Positions 7,180 through 14,724 of a DNA stretch of 39,843 bases are shown one piece after another. The notes beneath the pieces were generated by a model that was not told where the DNA came from, did not search any database, and saw only the letters and a list, made by a program, of their open reading frames with translations. Made by a program: the position numbers and the translations under genes. Within the stretch, counting starts at the first letter, position 1, and each line of letters begins with the position of its first letter. The stretch is from a virus (lineage: Duplodnaviria > Caudoviricetes): positions 1 to 39,843 of IMG/VR virus record IMGVR_UViG_3300036786_000016, one strand, 5' to 3'.

Positions 7180-8940
7180 TCACGGCGTCACGCCACGCGG
7201 GCCCGTGCCCCGCTTCGCCGCGGCCTGATACTCACGGCCACGGTCGCAGCTGAACCGCGTCAGCGGCGCCAGCGGCGCGTAGAACGGACAGAAACCACAG
7301 CCCTTGCCCGGCGTCGTCAGGATGATCGCCGGGCCCGCTTCCTCGGTACCGATCCACGGCTCATCTCGGGTTGCTGCGTCAACCCGCGTACCGACATCGC
7401 GCAACATGTCGAGCCGGGCAAGCGCCGCCGTGGCATTGGCGAAATCGGGCTTCCGCTCGATCACCAGCAGTCCATCGAGGAAACCCGACCGCGGCCAGAG
7501 CGCCAAGTTGACCGAACGCACCTCATAACCGGCGCGCTGCCAACCGAGCGCGTACGAGTCGATCTGTACCCCGTACTTGCTGCCCGGCGCCAGCTTCTCC
7601 GCCTTCACCGTACGGAAACTGTCCGTCCCGAGCACCTTGTGATCGTAGATATCCACGATGCCGGAGCCCGGCGAGGTTTCCGTCGCCTCAGTCCACTCGA
7701 CATCAGCAAGATCCGTTGATCCGCTGATGTCGTCGCTGACCCACACCCGGCGCTCCAGCAGAAACCGCTCTCGGCCGATCGACATGTTGACAGCCTCGAA
7801 CACCTCGGCCAGCTTCGCATGCACGGCGGTACCGACGAACGACGCCCACGGGTCCGGTTGGTTCACAGCAGGGAAACCGAGCAGCTTACGCAGCACCCGG
7901 GCGTCGCACGGGTCGCCGATCTCCGACGGGCCGATAGCCGCCTGCAGCGTCCGCGGATCAGCGGCCGCGTATGCCCGCACCGACGCCATCAGCATCTCCC
8001 GCTTCGCGGCCAGCTTCGGCGCCACCGCGTTGCCGTCCCTATCCGTGATGACCGGCGCCGCGAACCGCACCGGTGCATATTCCTCGCGACGTGGCGTCTC
8101 ATCAGCAGGCGACGCTGTGCCCTGAGCGAGCGCGAGAGGATCGGCGGTGCGCGCAGCCGACTCGACAGCGGCCCGCACATCAGCGGCCGGCTCAGGACAG
8201 TTCAGGTGCCCGGGCTGGCCGCAACGCCGGCACGTGTCGGTGCGCCGGGCTTCCGCCATCTCGGCAATGAACTGATCATTGGGCGTGTACGACAGCCGCG
8301 CGGGCATGTGCGCCAGGTCGGTACCGAGCGCGGAAATACGGGTGCCGCGATCCATCGCCAGAATCACGCCCGGCGGAATGTTCGGATCCTCGACGATTTC
8401 CATGCCGGCCGCCCAGTTCGGCGGCGTGGCCGTGGCCGCACGCTCCGCCCGCTGCTCGGCGGTGAGCGCGCGATTGCCGATCGCGTACCCGGTGGCAAGC
8501 TCGCTCTCGGCGGTAGTGATCGCCGTCCGCATCTCGTCGAGGTTCTCCGGAAGCGGAGCCGGCGACCAGTAAACGTAGCCATCGGCGGCCTGCTGAGTCA
8601 TCGTCGGCGCAGCAGGCGGAGCCTGGTTGGTCGACGGCACGATGGACAGGCTGACGCCGGCACGGTTGCGCACCGAGTCCGCCGGGTCGCCGGTCAGGAT
8701 CGCGCGCTCACCGTGGAAAACGAAATGCGAGTCCGGCGCCCAACCGCAACAGCCCGGCGCGTTCAGCGGCGTCATGCACGGCTCAGGTGCGCGTGTGTTG
8801 GCGCTGGCCGCAACCTGCCAATCAAGGTCGCGCTCATCGACGTGAATCGGGGCACGGAACACCACCGGCGCCGTGCGGAGCTCGCCGGCAGGGTCCGGCT
8901 CCAACCAGTCGCCTTGCAACGGTGCACGAAATTGGATCAT
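7180..8940 (-). CDS. Cas4/RecB-like (PD-(D/E)xK) exonuclease with long mosaic N-terminal extension
   Basis: IGPSEIGDPCDAR, GTAVHA, ERRV, SGSTDL, DHK, QIDSYALG, CGFCPF; ATG 8940 overlaps the upstream stop. Confidence 0.85.
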   Translation of the reverse strand: MIQFRAPLQGDWLEPDPAGELRTAPVVFRAPIHVDERDLDWQVAASANTRAPEPCMTPLNAPGCCGWAPDSHFVFHGERAILTGDPADSVRNRAGVSLSIVPSTNQAPPAAPTMTQQAADGYVYWSPAPLPENLDEMRTAITTAESELATGYAIGNRALTAEQRAERAATATPPNWAAGMEIVEDPNIPPGVILAMDRGTRISALGTDLAHMPARLSYTPNDQFIAEMAEARRTDTCRRCGQPGHLNCPEPAADVRAAVESAARTADPLALAQGTASPADETPRREEYAPVRFAAPVITDRDGNAVAPKLAAKREMLMASVRAYAAADPRTLQAAIGPSEIGDPCDARVLRKLLGFPAVNQPDPWASFVGTAVHAKLAEVFEAVNMSIGRERFLLERRVWVSDDISGSTDLADVEWTEATETSPGSGIVDIYDHKVLGTDSFRTVKAEKLAPGSKYGVQIDSYALGWQRAGYEVRSVNLALWPRSGFLDGLLVIERKPDFANATAALARLDMLRDVGTRVDAATRDEPWIGTEEAGPAIILTTPGKGCGFCPFYAPLAPLTRFSCDRGREYQAAAKRGTGPRGVTP

Positions 8941-9233
8941 TGGTGTCTCGCTTCGGGTAGGAGATGCACGGGGATGCATCCGGTAATGATCAGTTCGTTG
9001 ATCGTGCGGGAACCGAAACACGTCTCGGCCGCCAGGTGCGCGGAGAGCAGGCGGCCAGCTTGAACCACTTCCGGGAGGTGATCGGCGCACGCATGCGTCG
9101 AGACAAGCCCCCATCCGTAATCTTGCGTGTCCTCCACCATCAGGTGATACACGGCATCCTGTGGGCAGCGCGGGCCGTAGCCGTCGACAGAGTCCGTGTG
9201 GCCGCACCGCGTGCCCGCTTCGTTCTCATCCAT
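8937..9233 (-). CDS. Cys/His-rich hypothetical protein (start 9233 or 9263)
   Basis: RCGH...RCPQDAVYH...ACADH motifs; stop coupled to the nuclease start. Confidence 0.55.
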   Translation of the reverse strand: MDENEAGTRCGHTDSVDGYGPRCPQDAVYHLMVEDTQDYGWGLVSTHACADHLPEVVQAGRLLSAHLAAETCFGSRTINELIITGCIPVHLLPEARHQ

Positions 9234-9285
9234 CGGCCGGCCGATGCCATGCGCGAGCGGCATCACACAGGATCGCAATACGCCA

Positions 9286-9768
9286 TCAGAACCCCCGCCG
9301 CACGACGTGATTGCACGGGGTCGACCGGACGATGGAAAACCGCTGAGGCTTCCGCCCGGCACTGAGCGAGCCGGGCAACTCCACGATCTCTGTGTGCAAC
9401 CCGAGCACGACAGCGAAACACTCGACCGTACCGCCGCTGCTGTCATCGATCGGGAACCGGCACACAACACGCGTGGTCGCATCCTGCTCGGCGTAATCGC
9501 CGCACTCGCACCGGTGCCGACCCACATGCCCGGACGGGTTCGGCGTCGCCGTCGCCAGGCCGTCCGGGTCCGGCACCTCGACCATTTCCCGCATGCACCA
9601 GTGCAGCGTGCCGGGCTTGTCCTTCGGCGGCGCCATCTCGCCCCACGTCACGCCGCACCGCTTCCCCCGGTAGCCGCGTTTGGTGTGCTCATCGAACAGC
9701 TGGCGCTCATCCTTGCCGACGTTGTAGTCAAGACCGGTGATCGGTGTCAGGTTCAACCCCTCAGGCAT
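9286..9768 (-). CDS. Cys/His-rich hypothetical protein
   Basis: ATG 9768 overlaps the RuvC stop region; RCG...HWC...GHVGRHRCECG. Confidence 0.6.
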   Translation of the reverse strand: MPEGLNLTPITGLDYNVGKDERQLFDEHTKRGYRGKRCGVTWGEMAPPKDKPGTLHWCMREMVEVPDPDGLATATPNPSGHVGRHRCECGDYAEQDATTRVVCRFPIDDSSGGTVECFAVVLGLHTEIVELPGSLSAGRKPQRFSIVRSTPCNHVVRRGF

Positions 9769-10417
9769 GGGTACCCACCTCCGCTTTCCGTGCGCGGGTC
9801 TTGCGGGCCGGCTTGCCACCGGTGGCCGTGGCCAGTGCGGCGAGATGCGTCGCCGGCAGCTTCGCGAGCGGGCAGTTGACGAGTGCGGCGGCGAGCGCGG
9901 CGCAGACGGCGGCGTCGGCGAGGTTGTCGTCCCCGCCGGTTTCGAACATCGGGAACCGCCGGGCAACTGCGTCGATCATGGCGCCCTTGCCGGCGTTGCC
10001 CTTGCCGGTGGCGTACACCTTGAGCACGCTCGGGGGGATGAGCAGCACCGGTATGTTGCGTTCGAAAAGCGCCCTGAGCAGGGAAAAGTAGATGTACCCG
10101 CGCTCGAACAGTCCACCGGTGGCGGCCGGGCCGGCGACGGTGGCGCGTTCCATCACGATCGATCGCGGGTAGACTGGGCCGGTGCTCACCTCGGCCGAGC
10201 CGATGGCAGCCCGCACGATGTTTTCGACCAGTAGATCCATGGTCGAGATGGCTTCGCCGGCGTTCATGGTGGTGAGCCCGGTAGCGCCCTTGACGTAGCT
10301 GAACGTGCGCAGTATTTCCGGCAGCGGCTCGGACGGGTCGGGTGACACGTATTCGAGACCGTGCACGCGAACGATTCCGGTTGCGGTACCGGAGAGATCG
10401 ATCCCTGTGACATGCAT
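9761..10417 (-). CDS. RuvC-like Holliday junction resolvase
   Basis: VTGIDLSGTATG, VMER, PPSVLKVYATGKGNAGK, DDNLADA: RuvC catalytic acidic motifs; start trimmed to ATG 10417. Confidence 0.88.
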   Translation of the reverse strand: MHVTGIDLSGTATGIVRVHGLEYVSPDPSEPLPEILRTFSYVKGATGLTTMNAGEAISTMDLLVENIVRAAIGSAEVSTGPVYPRSIVMERATVAGPAATGGLFERGYIYFSLLRALFERNIPVLLIPPSVLKVYATGKGNAGKGAMIDAVARRFPMFETGGDDNLADAAVCAALAAALVNCPLAKLPATHLAALATATGGKPARKTRARKAEVGTHA

Positions 10418-10476
10418 GTGCGGCAATCCTTTTCGGGTAGATGGTGCAGTTGTGGAGATAACCTCCGTTATGCGCG

Positions 10477-10650
10477 TTACTCGGGCGCGATCATTTCTAT
10501 GATCGGATCGTGTGGGTACGCGATCACGACTTGCTTGCCACAGCCCCATGGGCATGGCGCGAGGTGCGCTGTCGCAACGCGGCGATTCGGGTCTGCGATC
10601 CAATGGCCGCAAATCAGAATCGCGAAGTGTGTTCCGACCATAATTTGCAT
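10477..10650 (-). CDS. Small hypothetical protein (CGH...CPWGC)
   Basis: TAATG overlap with the upstream stop at 10650; Zn-ribbon-like residues. Confidence 0.5.
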   Translation of the reverse strand: MQIMVGTHFAILICGHWIADPNRRVATAHLAPCPWGCGKQVVIAYPHDPIIEMIAPE

Positions 10651-10859
10651 TATTTGTCCCATGTCGGATTGTCGGCATACCAGCGACGAGCGTCCGCCAT
10701 GCCCGCGCGGTGCGCGGCCGAGAGAACGCCCTCCCGGTAGCCGAGCTTGATGCGCGTTCTGATCTCCATCGGCAACCGGAACCAGCACCGACGGCACGCG
10801 TACTGATGAGACGGCACGCCCGGGTGCCCACAGTGGCCGGGGCAGGTGTGCCCCGGCAT
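10650..10859 (-). CDS. Small Zn-binding phage protein
   Basis: HTCPGHCG...ACRRCWFRLP pattern of a common small phage family; TAATG coupled at both ends. Confidence 0.65.
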   Translation of the reverse strand: MPGHTCPGHCGHPGVPSHQYACRRCWFRLPMEIRTRIKLGYREGVLSAAHRAGMADARRWYADNPTWDK

Positions 10860-11134
10860 TACGGTCCGCTCCCGATGACCTTGCCGGACCTGTCCTTGCA
10901 CACGTGCGGATGCGCGACGCCGGCCGCGCCGACCCACGTGCCCCCGGCGGCTCGGCAGTCCTTCGCGTTGCTCGGGTTCACCGGCGTGCCACAGTTCGCG
11001 GCCAGGCCACCGACGCCGAGCAGCACGATTAGCGTGGCAATCACGATCGAGCTCAAGCAGTCAACCCGGCGCTTATGCTCACGCTTCGCTTTTGGGAACC
11101 GCCCGGCACGCTCCGCGTTCGGATTCCAACCCAT
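10859..11134 (-). CDS. Membrane/exported protein
   Basis: Basic N-terminus, hydrophobic helix, then CRAAGGTW...C small domain. Confidence 0.65.
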   Translation of the reverse strand: MGWNPNAERAGRFPKAKREHKRRVDCLSSIVIATLIVLLGVGGLAANCGTPVNPSNAKDCRAAGGTWVGAAGVAHPHVCKDRSGKVIGSGP

Positions 11135-11140
11135 GATCTT

Positions 11141-11557
11141 TTACCGTGCCTTTCGTGGTTGCGGCGCCCGGCGAGCCGGCAGCGCCGTCGTGAAACCGTC
11201 CAACTGACGCCAGCGCTCAGCACACGGCTTGCACATCAGCGTCACCTCGCCGTTGAGCACCCGTCGGTATCGGGCGTGCGTGGTATGACCGGCGCCTACG
11301 GTGCCGTTGCGCGCACGGTCGTACTCCAGCCTCACACCCTCAGAGCAGGGCTGTGGCACGCCGTAGTACGGCGACCACGCCGGACGGGTTTTCAAGCTGG
11401 AGCGGACAGCTGGCGGCCGGGCCGAGCGGCGCTTGACGCCGGCGTCCGTCAGGCCGAGCCCCTTGCCGACCGGCGTCGGCTCGATCTCGAACAGCGGCGC
11501 TGTTTCCATGCCGAGCCCGACATGCGAGGTGCGCAACGCGCCTATTTTCCTTGGCAT
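11141..11557 (-). CDS. Hypothetical protein (possible Zn-binding)
   Basis: TGATG coupling; PCSEG...MCKPCA. Confidence 0.55.
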   Translation of the reverse strand: MPRKIGALRTSHVGLGMETAPLFEIEPTPVGKGLGLTDAGVKRRSARPPAVRSSLKTRPAWSPYYGVPQPCSEGVRLEYDRARNGTVGAGHTTHARYRRVLNGEVTLMCKPCAERWRQLDGFTTALPARRAPQPRKAR

Positions 11558-11709
11558 CAGAGCTCACCAGCCAACCGGCGCCGGTCCCACTCGGCCAGAG
11601 CATCACGGAGCCCGATGTACGCCGAGCTCCCGACCCGGCCAGCCTGCGGGTCCTCACGCATGCACTGGCCGAGCCTCTCGATCTTCTCGGCGAGCTCACC
11701 CTTACTCAT
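11557..11709 (-). CDS. Small hypothetical protein
   Basis: ATG 11709 overlaps the upstream stop region; stop coupled to the next gene. Confidence 0.45.
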   Translation of the reverse strand: MSKGELAEKIERLGQCMREDPQAGRVGSSAYIGLRDALAEWDRRRLAGEL

Positions 11710-11875
11710 CGTCGTCAACCTCGCAGCCGTCGTGAACCGCTCGACCATCTTGCATCCTGATCTCATCACCTTCATCGATACGGTCATGGCACTCACCGCA
11801 CCGACCCTCGAATGCCGCCGTGAATACGGGGCCGGCCGAGTTTGTCACATACCTTGGCGGCTGAAACTCCGGCAT
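11702..11875 (-). CDS. Small Zn-finger protein
   Basis: AAFEGRCGECHDRIDEGDEI...VHDGC (CxxC...HxxC); TGATG coupling. Confidence 0.65.
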   Translation of the reverse strand: MPEFQPPRYVTNSAGPVFTAAFEGRCGECHDRIDEGDEIRMQDGRAVHDGCEVDDDE

Positions 11876-12195
11876 CACGGGCGCATCGACTGCTCGGCAA
11901 GGCGCGGCAGGTACTGGATAAGGATGTCGGTGCTGTCCGCAGACACGCCGACGGCGAGCCATCCGGGCGGAACGTCGAGCCCGGCACGCAACACCCGGAC
12001 ATCGCCGGGCAGATCAACCTGTACATGCCGCTCCGGCAGCTCGACGGTGGTGGTCCGGCTCATCCGCCGCTTTGCCCTGAGGCACAGCGGGTAGCCCGTG
12101 ATCAGCCACAGGCCGCCGGTGCAGAATCCGGCGATCATGTGTTTGGTGTACCAGCCGATCGATATCGGCGCGGTGGTGACGAGCGTGCGACTCAT
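11875..12195 (-). CDS. Membrane protein
   Basis: HMIAGFCTGGLWLITGYPL hydrophobic segment; ATGA coupling. Confidence 0.6.
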   Translation of the reverse strand: MSRTLVTTAPISIGWYTKHMIAGFCTGGLWLITGYPLCLRAKRRMSRTTTVELPERHVQVDLPGDVRVLRAGLDVPPGWLAVGVSADSTDILIQYLPRLAEQSMRP

Positions 12196-13064
12196 GCTGT
12201 GACCAGCTCTCCATATGCGTTGATCTTGCCTTGGTGGAAACGCTTCGCCGATCGACGACGCTGCGCCGGGGTCTCACGCCGCGGCCCGGCCGCGGGGATC
12301 GCAAGGAACTGCTCCGTTGTCGTCCGGGTGCCGGCCGCCAGAGCCCGGCGGTGCAGCTCGACCTCCCGCGCGTCGCTGTCCCGCATCACTTGCGCCAGAT
12401 ACACCCATCCGACGCCGGCGTGCTGGAGCATCCCGCGCTTGCATTTGGCCCTGGCGAGCTCCAGTCGATCATCGAGCGCCGCGAACTCCGCGGCCGTCTG
12501 AGCTTCGATGATCTCCAGCTCGCTCGGCCAGTTGAAATCCGGAACGCCAGGTGCCAGCAGGGAACCGGGGCCGACGGACTCAACCTCGGCGAGAGGCGAC
12601 CAATTGATCGTGGCGCCCTTGCTGCGCTCGTTGTCGAGCTCCAGTGCGGCGGCCAGCGACTTGCCGTTGGCTTCCCATGCGTGCGTTTCGTCGAGAACGG
12701 TGAACGCCGGCCGAGCGCCGCGGTTGTCGTCGGGCTTGATGTAGTCGGCGGCATCCGGCGACATGGTCGGGTGCCATCCGGTCCGATCCGTTCCCGGCCG
12801 CCAGCCTGCTTCCCTGAGACGCTCGAAGTGCACACGCTCGAACAGTGCGAGATCGGCCGCGGATGTATCCGCAAACACGCTGCGCGTGGGAGGCGAAACG
12901 ATGGCGCGGCCGGCAGGCAGGTACGCGCTCGGCGACAGTCGCTCAGCCGCCTGATTCCGTGCCACGGCGACGGCTGTGCGGGTCGGCGTGCCGAACCATG
13001 ACCAGGCGGCCACCATGATGAGCACGAGTGCCACGCCGGAGACGATCATTGCCTTGGTGTCCAT
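12192..13064 (-). CDS. Membrane-anchored protein containing a terminase Walker-B-like segment
   Basis: CAGGAG RBS; N-terminal TM helix; internal RGARPAFTVLDETHAW. Confidence 0.7.
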   Translation of the reverse strand: MDTKAMIVSGVALVLIMVAAWSWFGTPTRTAVAVARNQAAERLSPSAYLPAGRAIVSPPTRSVFADTSAADLALFERVHFERLREAGWRPGTDRTGWHPTMSPDAADYIKPDDNRGARPAFTVLDETHAWEANGKSLAAALELDNERSKGATINWSPLAEVESVGPGSLLAPGVPDFNWPSELEIIEAQTAAEFAALDDRLELARAKCKRGMLQHAGVGWVYLAQVMRDSDAREVELHRRALAAGTRTTTEQFLAIPAAGPRRETPAQRRRSAKRFHQGKINAYGELVTA

Positions 13065-13082
13065 TTTGTTCTACTCCTGTCG

Positions 13083-13103
13083 TTATCCACAACCTGTGTA
13101 TGA
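13083..13103. promoter_or_regulatory. DnaA box pair
   Basis: Perfect TTATCCACA at 13083-13091, 3-bp spacer, inverted degenerate box TGTGTATGA at 13095-13103. Confidence 0.45.
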
Positions 13104-13171
13104 ACCTGTGCACCGTGTACGCTGCGCCTAGATCCTTGGTGCGTGCGGCGCCTTAGTGGATTCGGGTGATG

Positions 13172-13208
13172 GCGGCCGGTTTCGGGTTTAGGGTCCCGAG
13201 CCGGCCGC
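13172..13208 (-). terminator. Stem-loop after the HTH gene
   Basis: GCGGCCGG..TCGGG / CCCGA.CCGGCCGC inverted repeat directly after the stop at 13214. Confidence 0.55.
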
Positions 13209-13213
13209 GCCCG

Positions 13214-13510
13214 TTAGTCGACAATGCTGCCGTACCGATCGAGCGCCCCCGTCGCCTTGCCGTACGCGATGATCTTTCGCTCGTACCAATACGGCACCAT
13301 CACGCTGCGACCCGATTCCGGGTCGATCGCGTAGCCGTCGGCGTCCGGGAACGCCACCGCGGCCACGCCGAGCCGGGTACGCCGGATAGCTGACTCCACG
13401 GTCGACAGCTTGAGCCCGAGCCTGCCGGCGACAGCACGTTTGTTCAGCGCCTCGCCGGTCCCGACCTTGGCCACCGGCCATGCCGTAATTGCTGCTAGCG
13501 GTGATGTCAT
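13214..13510 (-). CDS. HTH DNA-binding protein (AlpA/Xis-like)
   Basis: LNKRAVAGRLGLKLSTVESAIRR HTH followed by FPDADG...PYW wing signature; GAGAGG RBS. Confidence 0.75.
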   Translation of the reverse strand: MTSPLAAITAWPVAKVGTGEALNKRAVAGRLGLKLSTVESAIRRTRLGVAAVAFPDADGYAIDPESGRSVMVPYWYERKIIAYGKATGALDRYGSIVD

Positions 13511-13559
13511 GGGTGTTGCCTCTCGCGCTTCCGGGTGAATACTGCACGTTCAACGTACG

Positions 13560-14165
13560 CTATTCCTTGCTGCCGTAGCCGAGCTTGCGGCCGACCGCGG
13601 CGACGGCGTCCAACGCATCCTGGTAACGCTCCAGCCAGCGGCTAGCGGCATCCTGAGCGTCCGAGCCACGCTGTCTGTGCATCTTGTAGGCGTACTCAAA
13701 TAGCGACTGAAATTCGAGCTCATCGCGCTCACGGTTCTCGGCGTACGCCAGCGACTCATCGTTGCGGCGGCCGTTCTCGACCTCGGCGGCGTACGCGTCG
13801 CAGAACACCATCTGCCAGTCCGTGAGCTGGTAGTCGTATTTCTCGCGCCAGTCGGCGAGCTGGCCGCCCTGGGCGGCCAGAGCCTCACCTTCGCGACGCT
13901 CGACGTGCGCCACCATGTACGACTCGAACACCTCGAAGCACAGCGCCGCCAGGCCCAACTTGGCATCGCGCGAGCACCGGGTCTTGGTGCCGAACACAAG
14001 ATCGCGCATCAGCGGATACGAGATGTCATAGCTGGCCTTGAGCTTGGCCGCTTGCGCCGGGTGAATGCTCTCCAGCGCTTCGAAGTTGTCAACGGTGAGG
14101 TTGGCCAGCTTGACGGCGCTCATCTTCATGTAGGCGTCTTGCTCGATTCCGGTCATTTCGCGCAT
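13560..14165 (-). CDS. Hypothetical acidic helical protein, first gene of the early arm
   Basis: AGGAGG RBS before ATG 14165 (MREMTG); directly behind a promoter. Confidence 0.75.
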   Translation of the reverse strand: MREMTGIEQDAYMKMSAVKLANLTVDNFEALESIHPAQAAKLKASYDISYPLMRDLVFGTKTRCSRDAKLGLAALCFEVFESYMVAHVERREGEALAAQGGQLADWREKYDYQLTDWQMVFCDAYAAEVENGRRNDESLAYAENRERDELEFQSLFEYAYKMHRQRGSDAQDAASRWLERYQDALDAVAAVGRKLGYGSKE

Positions 14166-14192
14166 CGTTTCCTCCTGTGTCATGGTCAACGG

Positions 14193-14231
14193 GTGCACAC
14201 TCACTATGCACCATGCATGGTCAGTGTGCAA
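14193..14231 (-). promoter_or_regulatory. SigA-like early promoter with overlapping operator
   Basis: Minus strand TTGCAC-17 nt-CATAGT; GTGCA-N9-TGCAC at 14193-14211 covers the -10/+1 region. Confidence 0.65.
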
Positions 14232-14244
14232 CCTCCGGACACAG

Positions 14245-14276
14245 AAAAGCGGCCGAGCCCCCAGACTCGACCGCTT
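14245..14276 (-). terminator. Intrinsic terminator ending the late/lysis operon
   Basis: Minus strand AAGCGGTCGAG-loop-CTCGGCCGC followed by TTTT. Confidence 0.75.
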
Positions 14277-14292
14277 CCCTAGCTGCGAAACC

Positions 14293-14682
14293 TTACTGCG
14301 AGACGCTGCCGTCGACCGGCGCACCGTCGACCGGTACACCGTCGACCGGCGGAGTGTCGCCACCGTCCGCAGGCGGGGCAGGCTGCAGTGCCGCGAGCGC
14401 CGCCACGTCCGCCGCATCGATCGCGTCGATACGGTTCAGCGCATCCTGCGCCGCTGCGGCCTGCGTGTCCGTCAACGTGCCACCGTTGTTCTCGATGTCC
14501 GTGACGGCCGCCAGCAGCGCAGCGTCGTCCGTGCCGAGCTGGTCGAGCTTGACCCCTGCACCGTCGAGCAGATCCTGAATCTTCATGATGCGGTTTTCCT
14601 CTCGTCGCACGATCGGCAACAGCCGATCGAGCTTGTCGCTAACCCTGAGCAACAGCAACAGAGTCACGTCGGATCGATCCAT
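14293..14682 (-). CDS. Coiled-coil protein at the end of the lysis cassette
   Basis: GAGGGG RBS; helical acidic body; C-terminal PVDG x3. Confidence 0.7.
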   Translation of the reverse strand: MDRSDVTLLLLLRVSDKLDRLLPIVRREENRIMKIQDLLDGAGVKLDQLGTDDAALLAAVTDIENNGGTLTDTQAAAAQDALNRIDAIDAADVAALAALQPAPPADGGDTPPVDGVPVDGAPVDGSVSQ

Positions 14683-14724
14683 CGTGGTCGCCCCTCAGGT
14701 GATGTGCCTCGACCCTAGCAGGCT

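Noticed and set aside
7180-8050. Cas4-like gene as evidence of a CRISPR-Cas system
   Set aside because: No repeat-spacer array or other cas genes seen; solo Cas4/RecB-like nucleases are common phage recombination proteins.
9761-10831. Long N-terminal extensions in the ORF track (RuvC 356 aa, nuclease 675 aa, 4801-5904, 13560-14417, 15610-16179, 34026-34937, 28389-28988)
   Set aside because: They overlap better-supported upstream genes, terminators or promoters; internal starts with RBS or stop-start coupling fit better.
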